A DNA stretch of 46,894 nucleotides from a virus (lineage: Duplodnaviria; Caudoviricetes), in IMG/VR virus record IMGVR_UViG_3300022909_001314, positions 1 to 46,894 of that record; one strand, written 5' to 3'. Every line of letters begins with the position of its first letter. Positions within the stretch are counted from its first letter, which is position 1. The translations under genes and the position numbers were made by a program. Below the pieces are notes generated by a model. The model searched no databases and was not told the origin of the DNA. It saw only the letters and a list, made by a program, of their open reading frames with translations. Below, in pieces: positions 6,545-15,777 of the stretch.

Positions 6545-6744
6545 TGGAACATTGGAATAGTATAGATGCTTGTCCCAACTGTGGAGAATATCTAGTTGGA
6601 GATGGATATAGTAATGGGAATCCTGTAAGATGTCCTAACGCTTTAGAAGAGAAGTGGTGGTACAGCGAACCAGACAGCGGCCCGTGGTACTGCGAAGAAA
6701 CTGATTACTATGAAAGTGAGAACCCTTTAGAGAGACCTTACTAA
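6544..6744 (+). CDS. small zinc-ribbon-like protein
   Basis: CPNC...CP...C; TAATG coupling. Confidence 0.65.
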   Translation: MEHWNSIDACPNCGEYLVGDGYSNGNPVRCPNALEEKWWYSEPDSGPWYCEETDYYESENPLERPY

Positions 6745-7125
6745 ATGCTAAACAAAGGATTGCACTGGTCAACTGTAGCCAGTGAAAAAGTATTGCTTGC
6801 AGGTATTGGAGGACTTACTCTACTTGCAAGTGGAGAATATATGTATGGTATGTGGGAGGCAAAAGAAATTTTGCTTTCCGACCTTTTTATGCTATTTATT
6901 TTTGTAGAAATTATAGGCATGGTTGGAGCTTTTTATTCTACCAATAGAATTCCTGTTACTCTTCCAATTATTATTGCAACAACTGCTTTGTGCAGACTGA
7001 TTGTAATGCAAAGTAAAGAAATGGAATGGGCTACAGTATTAGGTGAATCTGCTGCCATACTTATACTTTCAATTTCCGCTTATATTATGAGTTTAAAAGA
7101 CAAGTTAAGTTTAGAGAAAGAGTAA
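6745..7125 (+). CDS. psiE: PsiE-family (phosphate-starvation-inducible) membrane protein
   Basis: Four hydrophobic segments; DLFMLFIFVEIIGMV, RIPVTLPIIIAxTALxRLI. Confidence 0.8.
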   Translation: MLNKGLHWSTVASEKVLLAGIGGLTLLASGEYMYGMWEAKEILLSDLFMLFIFVEIIGMVGAFYSTNRIPVTLPIIIATTALCRLIVMQSKEMEWATVLGESAAILILSISAYIMSLKDKLSLEKE

Positions 7126-7247
7126 TGATAACTATTTTATGTATTGGTTCTCTAATGATGCTTCCTATCATAGGAGGAGGTATTACTTTTTATTATAGTG
7201 TAGAAACTACAAAGGAAGTTGGAAATGACTCCTCAAGAGATTTTTGA
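7125..7247 (+). CDS. small membrane protein (40 aa)
   Basis: Hand-translated MITILCIGSLMMLPIIGGG...; TAATG coupling. Confidence 0.5.
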   Translation: MITILCIGSLMMLPIIGGGITFYYSVETTKEVGNDSSRDF

Positions 7248-7464
7248 TTATAAACGGAGATGGATGCCAGGCTACGAAGTAGTTGTACATTCTGACTTGA
7301 GAGACCATGCAAAAGACTGGTGTAAAACTCATTTGGAAAAGCATCAATATGCAATTAAATCCTGGACGCATATCTATGCTTGGACATACTGCTTTGAAAG
7401 AATAAAAGTAGCCCAACAGTTCGAAGAAGAGTTTATAGACTGGGTAAATAAAGGAATAGACTAA
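7225..7464 (+). CDS. hypothetical protein
   Basis: MTPQEIFDYKRRW ORF in the operon. Confidence 0.7.
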   Translation: MTPQEIFDYKRRWMPGYEVVVHSDLRDHAKDWCKTHLEKHQYAIKSWTHIYAWTYCFERIKVAQQFEEEFIDWVNKGID

Positions 7465-7763
7465 TGGATAATGTAAACCATCCCCCACATTATAAAGCTC
7501 ATCCTAGTGGTGTAGAGTGTATACAAATTACTGAACATTTAAACTTTTGTTTGGGGAATGCAATAAAATACATCTGGAGAGCCGGTCTAAAGAAAGATGC
7601 AGTAGAGGACTTAAAGAAAGCAGTTTGGTACATTAACAGAGAGATACAGAGGTTAGAGAATGGTCAAGAAGAAAGAGTACGAAAACTTAAGCCACGAGAA
7701 TATTCAGAAAGTAATCAACCTGTTGACTCCTCCGAGTTCGTCGCAACAAAAAGCGATAACTAA
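7464..7763 (+). CDS. DUF3310 (T7 gp1.7/SaV-like) protein
   Basis: DNVNHPxHY, ECI, FCLGNAIKYIWRAG, EDLKKAxWY. Confidence 0.85.
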   Translation: MDNVNHPPHYKAHPSGVECIQITEHLNFCLGNAIKYIWRAGLKKDAVEDLKKAVWYINREIQRLENGQEERVRKLKPREYSESNQPVDSSEFVATKSDN

Positions 7764-8373
7764 AAAAGAAGCCTGTGAACTACTTAATATAGCCTATAAT
7801 ACGGCAAGACTACAGAGGATTATAGATGATTACCACGATCAAAAAAGCTATATACAGCTTCGTAAATCGCAGAATCGAGGAAAAGCAGCGACAGACGCAG
7901 AAATTGCTGAAGCAGTTACCGGGTATTTACGAGGTGAATCCGTTGCAGAAGTCGCAAAAAGTTTATACCGTTCGTCCGGATTCGTTAAAGCAATCTTGGA
8001 CAGAGTCGGAGTACCACAACGACCAAGCTCCGTTGAAGAAAAAGCCGGATACGATTACATCCCAGAAGAGTGCGTCTCAGATACCTTTGCACAGGGAGAA
8101 ATAGTTTGGTCTGCTCGTCATCATACTACGGCAGTTATAGAACATGAACTATCCATAAATTATCAAGCAGAGAAGCCAGGGTTTTCGGATGTAAATTATG
8201 AAGATAAGTATGGTAGTAAGTGTTATTCTATCTGGGTTGTAGAAGATATTGATGATGATAAAGAGATGTGGGCACGAGTAAGTACTGGGGGATATAAAGC
8301 TTATTCTTTAGCCTATGACTTAGCAAAACTTACTCATCTGCAAAAATACGGAGTTGATCTATCACGTATTTAA
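7660..8373 (+). CDS. T5 D2-like protein
   Basis: TKKEACELLNIAYNT.RL pattern; position before D3 and ligase. Confidence 0.7.
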   Translation: MVKKKEYENLSHENIQKVINLLTPPSSSQQKAITKKEACELLNIAYNTARLQRIIDDYHDQKSYIQLRKSQNRGKAATDAEIAEAVTGYLRGESVAEVAKSLYRSSGFVKAILDRVGVPQRPSSVEEKAGYDYIPEECVSDTFAQGEIVWSARHHTTAVIEHELSINYQAEKPGFSDVNYEDKYGSKCYSIWVVEDIDDDKEMWARVSTGGYKAYSLAYDLAKLTHLQKYGVDLSRI

Positions 8374-8404
8374 AAATATCTTTGGGGGTAAGTAAAAATA
8401 GTTC

Positions 8405-8434
8405 TTGACTTACATTGGTATTTTTCGTTATAAT
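8405..8434 (+). promoter_or_regulatory. sigma70-type promoter
   Basis: AAAAATAGTTC-TTGACT-N18-TATAAT. Confidence 0.8.
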
Positions 8435-8463
8435 ATACTTTCAAAATCAAGGAAGGCATAAAA

Positions 8464-8919
8464 GTGTCAGACAGATTTTATAGACAACAACTAGCAGCCA
8501 CCGGCAACTGTCCGGGAGCTACCATTACACAACGAAGAAAAAGGAATAGAAATATGGCATGGGATGATGAAAAGAAGGCACAGGCAGTTGCAATGTATGA
8601 AGATGGCAATCCTACCCCTGAGACTTCAATGGAAATCGTCAAAGAAATCGCAGAGCACCTCGAAGAATCACCTAACGGTGTTCGTATGATTTTGACCAAG
8701 GCTGGAGTCTACGTTAAGAAGGATCCTGCCTCTGGCTCAAAAGCTTCCGGCGGTGCCACTGGTGGTGGCAGAGTATCAAAGGCAGCAGCCCAAGATGCAC
8801 TAGTAGCGGCCATCAGCGATGCTGGGCAGAGTGTTGACGAAGAAATCGTTAGCAAGCTGACTGGTAAAGCAGCACAGTACTTCAGTACTGTTATAAATGC
8901 TATTAACAACGCTGCTTAA
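8464..8919 (+). CDS. T5 D3-like DNA-binding protein (alternative start 8554)
   Basis: MAWDDEKK...SPNGVRMILTKAGVYVKK...KLTGKAA. Confidence 0.75.
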   Translation: MSDRFYRQQLAATGNCPGATITQRRKRNRNMAWDDEKKAQAVAMYEDGNPTPETSMEIVKEIAEHLEESPNGVRMILTKAGVYVKKDPASGSKASGGATGGGRVSKAAAQDALVAAISDAGQSVDEEIVSKLTGKAAQYFSTVINAINNAA

Positions 8920-8984
8920 TTTGTTAATAGCCCCTATTTAGTGGATCTTGCCCACGCTACTTAGGGATACAGAGAGGCAAGGCG

Positions 8985-9016
8985 GAAACCTTCAGGCTTT
9001 TGGCCTGGAGGTTTTC
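8985..9016 (+). terminator. stem-loop, probable terminator
   Basis: GAAACCTTCAGGC...GCCTGGAGGTTTT. Confidence 0.6.
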
Positions 9017-9086
9017 GTACATTTGTAGTACAATTTTTCAGTTTGGACAGTAAAAGATTTTGCTAACCTTATGAAAAGGAGTACTA

Positions 9087-9353
9087 ATGAAAAAAGAAGA
9101 TTTAGCAAATCTTATCCGTGAATATGGCGATGCGGTGATCACTTATCGCAGTGAAAAATCTAATAAACTAAAATATAATGTATGCACGCTAGACTTCAGT
9201 ACCCCCTATATAAAAAAGAAGAAGAATAGAGCAAAAGAGTCAGAGGATACTCTACTTACTTTTTGTTGGGATACAGACTCATATAGGCTTTTAAAGCCTG
9301 CCAATGTGACAAGTGTAGTTCCTTTAGCTTCGATTCTAAGAAACGAGGTGTAG
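9087..9353 (+). CDS. conserved T5-like hypothetical protein
   Basis: KYNVCTLDF..PYI, FCWDTDSYRLL; synteny. Confidence 0.75.
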   Translation: MKKEDLANLIREYGDAVITYRSEKSNKLKYNVCTLDFSTPYIKKKKNRAKESEDTLLTFCWDTDSYRLLKPANVTSVVPLASILRNEV

Positions 9354-9354
9354 T

Positions 9355-9660
9355 ATGGAACTGTATGAATCCCAGGATTTGTATGAAAAAATCATACACT
9401 ATGATGAAGTAAAAGAAGTACAATATCGTCTGACAGTAAATACCTTTAGAGGAATTGAATATTTAAGTTTAAGAAAATACTATCTTGGCTTCGAGGAAGA
9501 TTGGCTTCCGAGTGCCGAAGGAGTCTCTTTGCCTCTAGATTTTAATAATAGTAGAGAACTTTTCTCAGGTTTAATAGAAATACTTTCCCTAGCAGAAAGT
9601 AAAGAAATTCTTGAAGAGCATTTCAAAGAACAATTAGATGTACTCTACCTGGAAGATTAA
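9355..9660 (+). CDS. PC4/p15-like ssDNA-binding protein
   Basis: LTVNTFRGxEYLSLRKYY...WxP...GVSL. Confidence 0.75.
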   Translation: MELYESQDLYEKIIHYDEVKEVQYRLTVNTFRGIEYLSLRKYYLGFEEDWLPSAEGVSLPLDFNNSRELFSGLIEILSLAESKEILEEHFKEQLDVLYLED

Positions 9661-9669
9661 AAATAGTTC

Positions 9670-9698
9670 TTGACTTTTTCTTTATTTTTCCGTATAAT
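9670..9698 (+). promoter_or_regulatory. sigma70-type promoter
   Basis: TTGACT-N17-TATAAT. Confidence 0.85.
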
Positions 9699-9724
9699 AT
9701 CCTTTCAATTGTGGAGAATGGTTT

Positions 9725-10648
9725 ATGCGCGATTTCCTTGAAGAAGCAAGTGCAGCATATTATGCAGGTTTTCCGATTATCTCGGATGCTGAGTATGATG
9801 TGCTTTTTGCACACTTTGGTAATGACCAAGTTGGTCACAAAGTAACTGATGGTATCGAACATTATTGGCCTATGTGGTCTTTGCAGAAATGCTTTGACTT
9901 AGCAGAAGCCCCTTTTCCGATTGAATCCGCCGTAGCTTCTCCGAAGCTCGATGGAGCCGCAGTATCTTTGCTATATATTAACGGCACGCTTAAACTGGGT
10001 CTAACCCGAGGCGACGGTAAAATAGGTAAAGATATTACAGCGAAACTAGCAATGCTAGTACCTGAACGTATACCTTATACTAAAATCCTCCAAATTACTG
10101 GCGAGGTAGTATGCCCGTCAGAAATTCCTAATGCACGCAATGTCGCAGCGGGGTCTCTTAACCTAAAGAGTTTGGAAGAATTTTCTACTCGTCCCGTAAG
10201 TTTTGTTGCTTATGGGGTAGAAGGAATGACCTGGGACACTTGGACTGATTCTATGTCAGCTCTTTTTGATTCCGGGTTTCATGTAGTAAATAAATTGTCA
10301 AAGTATCCTACCTATCCTACGGATGGAGTAGTATATCGAATTAATAATACTGAAGATTTCCTTGCCCAAGGATACACTTCTCATCATCCTCGTGGTGCTT
10401 TTGCTCTCAAGGAGCAAGCGAAAGGACTCGTAACCACATTGAGAGAGGTGGAATGGCAGGTTGGCAAGTCTGGAACTGTTTCTCCGGTGGGAATATTTGA
10501 CCCCGTAGAAATAGGTGGTGCAGTTGTATCTCGTGCTACTTTGCACAATATTCAATATATTGAAGCACTCAATTTAGAACTTGGCTGTCAAGTGGAAGTT
10601 ATCCGTAGTGGAGAAATTATTCCTCGTATTTTGCGTAGGATTGATTGA
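9725..10648 (+). CDS. ligA: NAD-dependent DNA ligase subunit A (adenylation + OB domains)
   Basis: KLDG, TRGDG, RNxAAGSL, DGVV, RATLHN, SGEIIP. Confidence 0.93.
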   Translation: MRDFLEEASAAYYAGFPIISDAEYDVLFAHFGNDQVGHKVTDGIEHYWPMWSLQKCFDLAEAPFPIESAVASPKLDGAAVSLLYINGTLKLGLTRGDGKIGKDITAKLAMLVPERIPYTKILQITGEVVCPSEIPNARNVAAGSLNLKSLEEFSTRPVSFVAYGVEGMTWDTWTDSMSALFDSGFHVVNKLSKYPTYPTDGVVYRINNTEDFLAQGYTSHHPRGAFALKEQAKGLVTTLREVEWQVGKSGTVSPVGIFDPVEIGGAVVSRATLHNIQYIEALNLELGCQVEVIRSGEIIPRILRRID

Positions 10649-10673
10649 ATGGACACCTTCAAAAAAATAATTC

Positions 10674-10702
10674 TTGACATTTTTACTCGCATCTCGTATA
10701 AT
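10674..10702 (+). promoter_or_regulatory. sigma70-type promoter between the ligase halves
   Basis: TTGACA-N17-TATAAT. Confidence 0.85.
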
Positions 10703-10728
10703 ATACTTTCAACTTTTGGGAAAAGTGT

Positions 10729-11490
10729 ATGACAAGTATTCAAGCACCAACACATTGCCCTAGCTGCAATTTTGTCCTTGAGTGGGTCAACAACATTCTT
10801 TACTGTCGAAATGTAGCTTGTTCTGCAAAAAACAGTAAAGCTGTTGAACACTTTGCTAAGACCATGAAAATTAAAGGTCTTGGCCCTGCCGCAATCGAGA
10901 AACTCGACTTGTCTGATATAACAGAGATTTATCTTCTTGAAAAGGAAGATATTGCGGCAGCCCTTTCTTCTGAAAAACTAGCAAGTAGGTTGTTCGCTGA
11001 AATTCAGAATTCAAAGCAAGCCCCCGCTAATTTTGTTTTACCAGCATTGGGTATCCCGCTTATTGGCAAGACCGCTACGGAAAAACTGTCTACAGTAGTA
11101 GATAATATTCTTGATATAGATATGGACAGTTGCACGAAAGCAGGACTTGGGCCAAAGGCTACAGAAAACCTAATGTCTTGGATTGAAGGTTATGGCGAGA
11201 GTATTTTATACTTTTTTTGTAATCTTCCATTGAACTTGAGCTTTGTAAAAAAGCAACAGAGTTCAGTAAGGCAAGGAGTTGTATGTATTAGTGGAAAACT
11301 TACCTCTTTTCGTACAAAGGCTGACGCCGCATCTCAACTAGAGAAAGCTGGCTATGTTGTAAAAAGTAGCCTTACGAAAGATGTAACTCATTTAATAAAT
11401 GAGAGCGGTATTGAATCCGCTAAAACTAAACAAGCCAGAGACTCTGGCGTAATTATCATAACAAACATATTAGAATTTCTAGGAGAATAA
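10729..11490 (+). CDS. ligB: NAD-dependent DNA ligase subunit B (Zn finger, HhH, BRCT)
   Basis: CPSC...CxNxxC, IKGLG, ALGIPLIG, BRCT-like C-terminus. Confidence 0.92.
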   Translation: MTSIQAPTHCPSCNFVLEWVNNILYCRNVACSAKNSKAVEHFAKTMKIKGLGPAAIEKLDLSDITEIYLLEKEDIAAALSSEKLASRLFAEIQNSKQAPANFVLPALGIPLIGKTATEKLSTVVDNILDIDMDSCTKAGLGPKATENLMSWIEGYGESILYFFCNLPLNLSFVKKQQSSVRQGVVCISGKLTSFRTKADAASQLEKAGYVVKSSLTKDVTHLINESGIESAKTKQARDSGVIIITNILEFLGE

Positions 11491-11491
11491 T

Positions 11492-12217
11492 ATGGCACTT
11501 CCTAAGTGGACTGACGAGCGTACTGCACAACTGACTTCAATGGTTGGTGACGAGTCGCCCGTATCACAAGAAACTGTAGCTGAAGCTGCTGACCGTTTGG
11601 AGACCTCCACTCGTTCAGTTTCTAGCAAGCTGCGTAAAATGGGTTACGATGTAGAACTCGCTTCTACTCGCGCATCCAAGTCTTTCAGCCCCGAGCAAGA
11701 GGCTACTCTTTCTGCTTTTGTCTCTGACAATAGTGGCGAGTACACCTATGCTCAAATCGCTGAGCACTTTGAAGGCGGAGCTTTTTCAGCTAAGTCTATT
11801 CAAGGTAAAATTCTGTCTATGGAGCTGACGGCCCACGTTAAGCCCACTCCCAAGGTAGAGACAGTTAAGTCATATACTGACGCAGAAGAAGCAACATTTG
11901 TCAAGATGGTAAATGATGGCGCATTTGTTGAGCAAATCGCTGACGCTCTGAACCGTACAGTAAACAGCATTCGTGGTAAGGCTCTTAGCCTGCTTCGTTC
12001 TGGTGACATTGATGCGATTCCGCGTCAAGAAACCACCAAAGGTTCTTCTAGGGTAGATCCTCTTGAAGAGCTGGGTGACATTTCTGCTATGACTGTTGAA
12101 GCCATTGCAGAAACCATTGGCAAAACTGCCCGTGGTGTCAAAACTATGCTGACTCGTCGTGGCCTTGTTGCCTCTGACTATGACGGAGCTGCAAAGAAAG
12201 AAAAAGCTGCTGAGTAA
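11492..12217 (+). CDS. T5 D5-like DNA-binding protein
   Basis: Repeated HTH units RSVSSKLRKMG, SIQGKILSMEL, RGVKTMLTRRG; synteny. Confidence 0.8.
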   Translation: MALPKWTDERTAQLTSMVGDESPVSQETVAEAADRLETSTRSVSSKLRKMGYDVELASTRASKSFSPEQEATLSAFVSDNSGEYTYAQIAEHFEGGAFSAKSIQGKILSMELTAHVKPTPKVETVKSYTDAEEATFVKMVNDGAFVEQIADALNRTVNSIRGKALSLLRSGDIDAIPRQETTKGSSRVDPLEELGDISAMTVEAIAETIGKTARGVKTMLTRRGLVASDYDGAAKKEKAAE

Positions 12218-12234
12218 TCAGTAATTTTTCTATG

Positions 12235-12267
12235 ACAACCGTAGCGGGGTCGTTACGGTTGTTTTTT
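12235..12267 (+). terminator. rho-independent terminator
   Basis: ACAACCGTAGCG-GGGT-CGTTACGGTTGT plus T-run. Confidence 0.85.
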
Positions 12268-12286
12268 CATGTTCGGGGAGAAATAA

Positions 12287-13639
12287 TTGAACGTATCTAG
12301 TGCGCTCATAAAGCAAGTACTTTTGCTGCAGGACTTTGAGACCTGGAGTTACGTGCGTAAGCACTACTTGCCCAGTGAGTATCACAGTATATTTTCAAGT
12401 ATTGACAAGCACTGTGAAACTTTTCATAGTCTACCGAGCATGGAAGAACTTAAGTTAGCTACTCGTGATGGGCCGACTCTTGAAAAGCTATATGCAATTG
12501 AGAGCGTAGAAATTGATGCAGAACCCTTCGTTCTACTTCAGTACCTAAAAAATGAATTTACCCAACGCGAGATTCTACGCGAACTTGAGGATTATGTTGA
12601 GCATTCAATTTCATTTGAAGATGCGGAAGAATCAGTTGAACATCTACACGACATTATTATGCGTGTGGAAGATAAAGTTGAACTTGAAGATCCGAAAGAG
12701 AGTATGCAACGTATTTCTCTTTTCGAAGATGAAGAAGAGCTTGGAAAGTACCTGCGCCTTGGCTTGAACACAGAATACGACGATCAAATTCAATTCTCCC
12801 CGAAGGATTTGATTCTTGTTGGTGGACGGCGAGGCGCAGGGAAATCTCTTACCTGTGCGAATATTGCAAACAGTGTGTATCAAAATGGCAAGTCTGCCAT
12901 TTATTTTACTATTGAAATGGACTCTCGTTCCATTCTTCAGCGTTTGTGTTCAATCGCAACGGGGGTACCGCAAGCCAGGCTTCGTTCAAAGAATCTTAGT
13001 GTAGTTGAATGGGAGTATGTAGCAGAGTGGTGGGCTGGCCGATTCCAGCGAGGTCAAGAGTTGTTACACGACTACAAAGACCATCGTAGCTTTGAAGATT
13101 TTCACAAACAACTTACAACTACTTGTGAGTTGATTCCTGAACGACAACTAGATGTTGTATACGATCCTTCGCTAACTCTCGGAAAGATACGTTCAGAACT
13201 AGAAATGAAAGTAAAATCTTCTATGGATATTGGCGTAGTTATAGTTGATTATATTAACCAAGTGAAGCGTTCAAACACGCCTTCACGCTCAGGACAATAT
13301 GATTGGACTGAACAGATAGAAGTAAGTAAGGCTTTAAAATCTATGGCCCAAGAGTATAAAATTCCTGTATTTTCTCCGTATCAAACGGATGCTACAGGGG
13401 AAGCAAGATTTGCAAAAGGTATCTTAGATGCCGCGGATGCTGCATTTGCTCTTGAACCTTGGAGTCACGAAGATCAGTGTGTTACGTTTAAATGCGTAAA
13501 AATTAGAAATAATGAACCCAAGGATTTTACTTCTACTATGGACTGGCAAACTTTAAAGATGGGTCCCGACTCTGCTCTTACCCCTGACCAGAAAGAAGAT
13601 AGCACCCATAAGACGGGTGAAGAAATAGATGACCTATGA
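12287..13639 (+). CDS. DnaB-like replicative helicase (T5 D6-like)
   Basis: Walker A GRRGAGKS, FTIEM, IVDYIN. Confidence 0.9.
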   Translation: MNVSSALIKQVLLLQDFETWSYVRKHYLPSEYHSIFSSIDKHCETFHSLPSMEELKLATRDGPTLEKLYAIESVEIDAEPFVLLQYLKNEFTQREILRELEDYVEHSISFEDAEESVEHLHDIIMRVEDKVELEDPKESMQRISLFEDEEELGKYLRLGLNTEYDDQIQFSPKDLILVGGRRGAGKSLTCANIANSVYQNGKSAIYFTIEMDSRSILQRLCSIATGVPQARLRSKNLSVVEWEYVAEWWAGRFQRGQELLHDYKDHRSFEDFHKQLTTTCELIPERQLDVVYDPSLTLGKIRSELEMKVKSSMDIGVVIVDYINQVKRSNTPSRSGQYDWTEQIEVSKALKSMAQEYKIPVFSPYQTDATGEARFAKGILDAADAAFALEPWSHEDQCVTFKCVKIRNNEPKDFTSTMDWQTLKMGPDSALTPDQKEDSTHKTGEEIDDL

Positions 13640-14637
13640 AAATAAATATTGTAGGAGATCGTTACTATAAGCTAGAAGATGCTCCTTGGTTTTCAGCATT
13701 TTTTCATATAGTAAATTCATGTCAGGACCTGGGACACAAGGTTATTGTGGACAGTAGCATACAAATCCCGGGTTCTGCTCTTCCTTTTGTTAGAGGTCAG
13801 CATCCTGACCCTGACATTTCTATATATAATCATTCTCATATTTATGCATTGAATAACCCAGTAGCGGGGTCTCCACTCTTTTGGAAACCTACTGGCCCTT
13901 CTTCAAAGTATTTTACTATAGATCCTATTGGCTATGCTTGTCATTCTTCTATTAGCTATGACAAGCCAGACTTTGAAAGTACCGAAACTGATTCTTTTTT
14001 TGAGACTGAAGTACAGACACTCATACAGCAAAAGTCAAATAAGTGGACAGGATTGCATTGGTACGAAAAAGACTGTGAAAAAATAGCTTTTACTCCAATA
14101 CCAAGAGACCACATTCTCGTACTCGGACAAATGCCCGGGGATGAGACTGTTACAAAATTTTCATTTGGTAATCATTGGACAAAACTAGTATCTATAGTAG
14201 AGTATTTAATTGAACACACTTCAGAAACAATTGTAGTAAAGCTACATCCATATCTAAAAGAACGTTCTTCAAAAGAGAACTGGGACACTACATACTACAG
14301 AAATATATTGACTTGGCAAAAAAATGGAGTCACAGTAGTTTATGACTTTACTTCTATACATGATATACTGCCAAAAACAAAAGTAGCAATCTTGGAGAAT
14401 AGTACGGCAGGAGTAGAGTGCTTACTCTATGATGTACCTATAATCTCTTACGGATATCCTGAGTATCATTGGATTACCTATAACTTAAATCATCTTATGC
14501 GCTTGAATCATGCACTGTCTACTGTAGAAAATTGGTGGAGCAAAGAGCTTTCTCGTGCTTGGCTTACTTGGTATTGTACAGAGTATGCGTGTAGTGACTA
14601 TGAAACTACATTAAAAAGAATTAGGAACTTACTATAA
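13636..14637 (+). CDS. KpsS/KpsC-like (capsule synthesis) glycosyltransferase
   Basis: LGQMPGD, VVKLHP, NSTAGVECLLYDVPIISYG pattern. Confidence 0.65.
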   Translation: MKINIVGDRYYKLEDAPWFSAFFHIVNSCQDLGHKVIVDSSIQIPGSALPFVRGQHPDPDISIYNHSHIYALNNPVAGSPLFWKPTGPSSKYFTIDPIGYACHSSISYDKPDFESTETDSFFETEVQTLIQQKSNKWTGLHWYEKDCEKIAFTPIPRDHILVLGQMPGDETVTKFSFGNHWTKLVSIVEYLIEHTSETIVVKLHPYLKERSSKENWDTTYYRNILTWQKNGVTVVYDFTSIHDILPKTKVAILENSTAGVECLLYDVPIISYGYPEYHWITYNLNHLMRLNHALSTVENWWSKELSRAWLTWYCTEYACSDYETTLKRIRNLL

Positions 14638-15215
14638 TGTTATTTGGCACAGAAGCATTCAATTACTGTATAAATAATCTAGAGTTTAATTCAGTATTAG
14701 ATATTGGATGTGGCACTGGTGAGCATTCAGAAGCATTTAAAGCAGCAGGAAAAGAAGTAACTTCAATAGATATTGCTGCTCACTATAAAGACGCCATTGC
14801 TACAGATATAATGCTATATTCGCCAGATGAAAAGTTTGATTTGATATGGTGTTCTCACGTAATGGAGCATCAACTTAATGTAAATAGCTTTGTAAAAAAG
14901 TGCAGAAGTTTAGCAAACAAATACATTTGTATAACTGTTCCTCCTCTTAAACACGAGATTGTTGGAGGACACGTTTCTTTATGGAATGCCGGGCTTGTAA
15001 TGTATAATCTTGTATTAGGAGGGTTTGATTGTAGTAATGCTAGAATCAAGCAGTATGGATATAACATCTCTGTTATTGCAGAGGCATCTAGTTTCCTGCT
15101 AGCAAATCTTCGGTATGATAATGGAGACATTGCGTTAATTTCAGACAAACTTCCAACAGGTTACAATTATCAAGGATTCAATGGAAATATATATGAACTC
15201 AACTGGGATAAATAA
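14637..15215 (+). CDS. class I SAM-dependent methyltransferase
   Basis: VLDIGCGTG, FDLIWCSHVMEH. Confidence 0.88.
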   Translation: MLFGTEAFNYCINNLEFNSVLDIGCGTGEHSEAFKAAGKEVTSIDIAAHYKDAIATDIMLYSPDEKFDLIWCSHVMEHQLNVNSFVKKCRSLANKYICITVPPLKHEIVGGHVSLWNAGLVMYNLVLGGFDCSNARIKQYGYNISVIAEASSFLLANLRYDNGDIALISDKLPTGYNYQGFNGNIYELNWDK

Positions 15216-15218
15216 TTC

Positions 15219-15247
15219 TTGACTTCAGCAGTATTTTGTAGTATAAT
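15219..15247 (+). promoter_or_regulatory. sigma70-type promoter
   Basis: TTGACT-N17-TATAAT. Confidence 0.85.
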
Positions 15248-15280
15248 ATCTAATTGTTAGGATTGTCGGAGTTTTTACTA

Positions 15281-15577
15281 ATGGGAGTAATTTATGGATC
15301 AATGGGATACACTGTCTCAGGCAGAAAAAAGAAAAGTTATAGAAAGAAAAACACTTTTAATAAGAGTGGGTTTGTCCCCCTCGATACAGGAGATCATTAC
15401 CGACGTGAAACACGAGAGTACCCTTCACGGCCCGACACAAATGGAGTTGCCGCTAAAGTGGTCCCGCCACAATACACTGGAACCCTTGTTAAAGGTATTG
15501 GAACCATGCACAAATCTAATGCTGTACCGATAATTGATGAAGAGCAGATGAAAGACCTGGCGAGGATGCGACGATGA
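15281..15577 (+). CDS. conserved phage hypothetical protein
   Basis: GIGTMHKSNAVPI motif; GGAG SD before ATG 15281. Confidence 0.75.
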   Translation: MGVIYGSMGYTVSGRKKKSYRKKNTFNKSGFVPLDTGDHYRRETREYPSRPDTNGVAAKVVPPQYTGTLVKGIGTMHKSNAVPIIDEEQMKDLARMRR

Positions 15578-15777
15578 CTTCTTTAGCACAAGAGTATTTT
15601 GATACAATTGACAAGGCGCTGATTGAACAAAACTTTACAAAAGCTCAAACATATATGGCAAAATTGTCTACCATTTATACCTTCTTAGACAAAGATGATG
15701 CAGAATATTATCACTACTTAGAAGAATGTTTAGAGTTTAATATAAAAACGTTTGAAGTTCTAGAGGAACCCGAGTGA
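15574..15777 (+). CDS. hypothetical protein
   Basis: ATGA-coupled 67-aa ORF. Confidence 0.7.
   Translation: MTSLAQEYFDTIDKALIEQNFTKAQTYMAKLSTIYTFLDKDDAEYYHYLEECLEFNIKTFEVLEEPE

Noticed and set aside
9725-11490. Ligase split into two genes, as a pseudogene, intron or novelty
   Set aside because: A two-subunit NAD ligase is a known T5-family trait; the gap holds a promoter and no intron signature.
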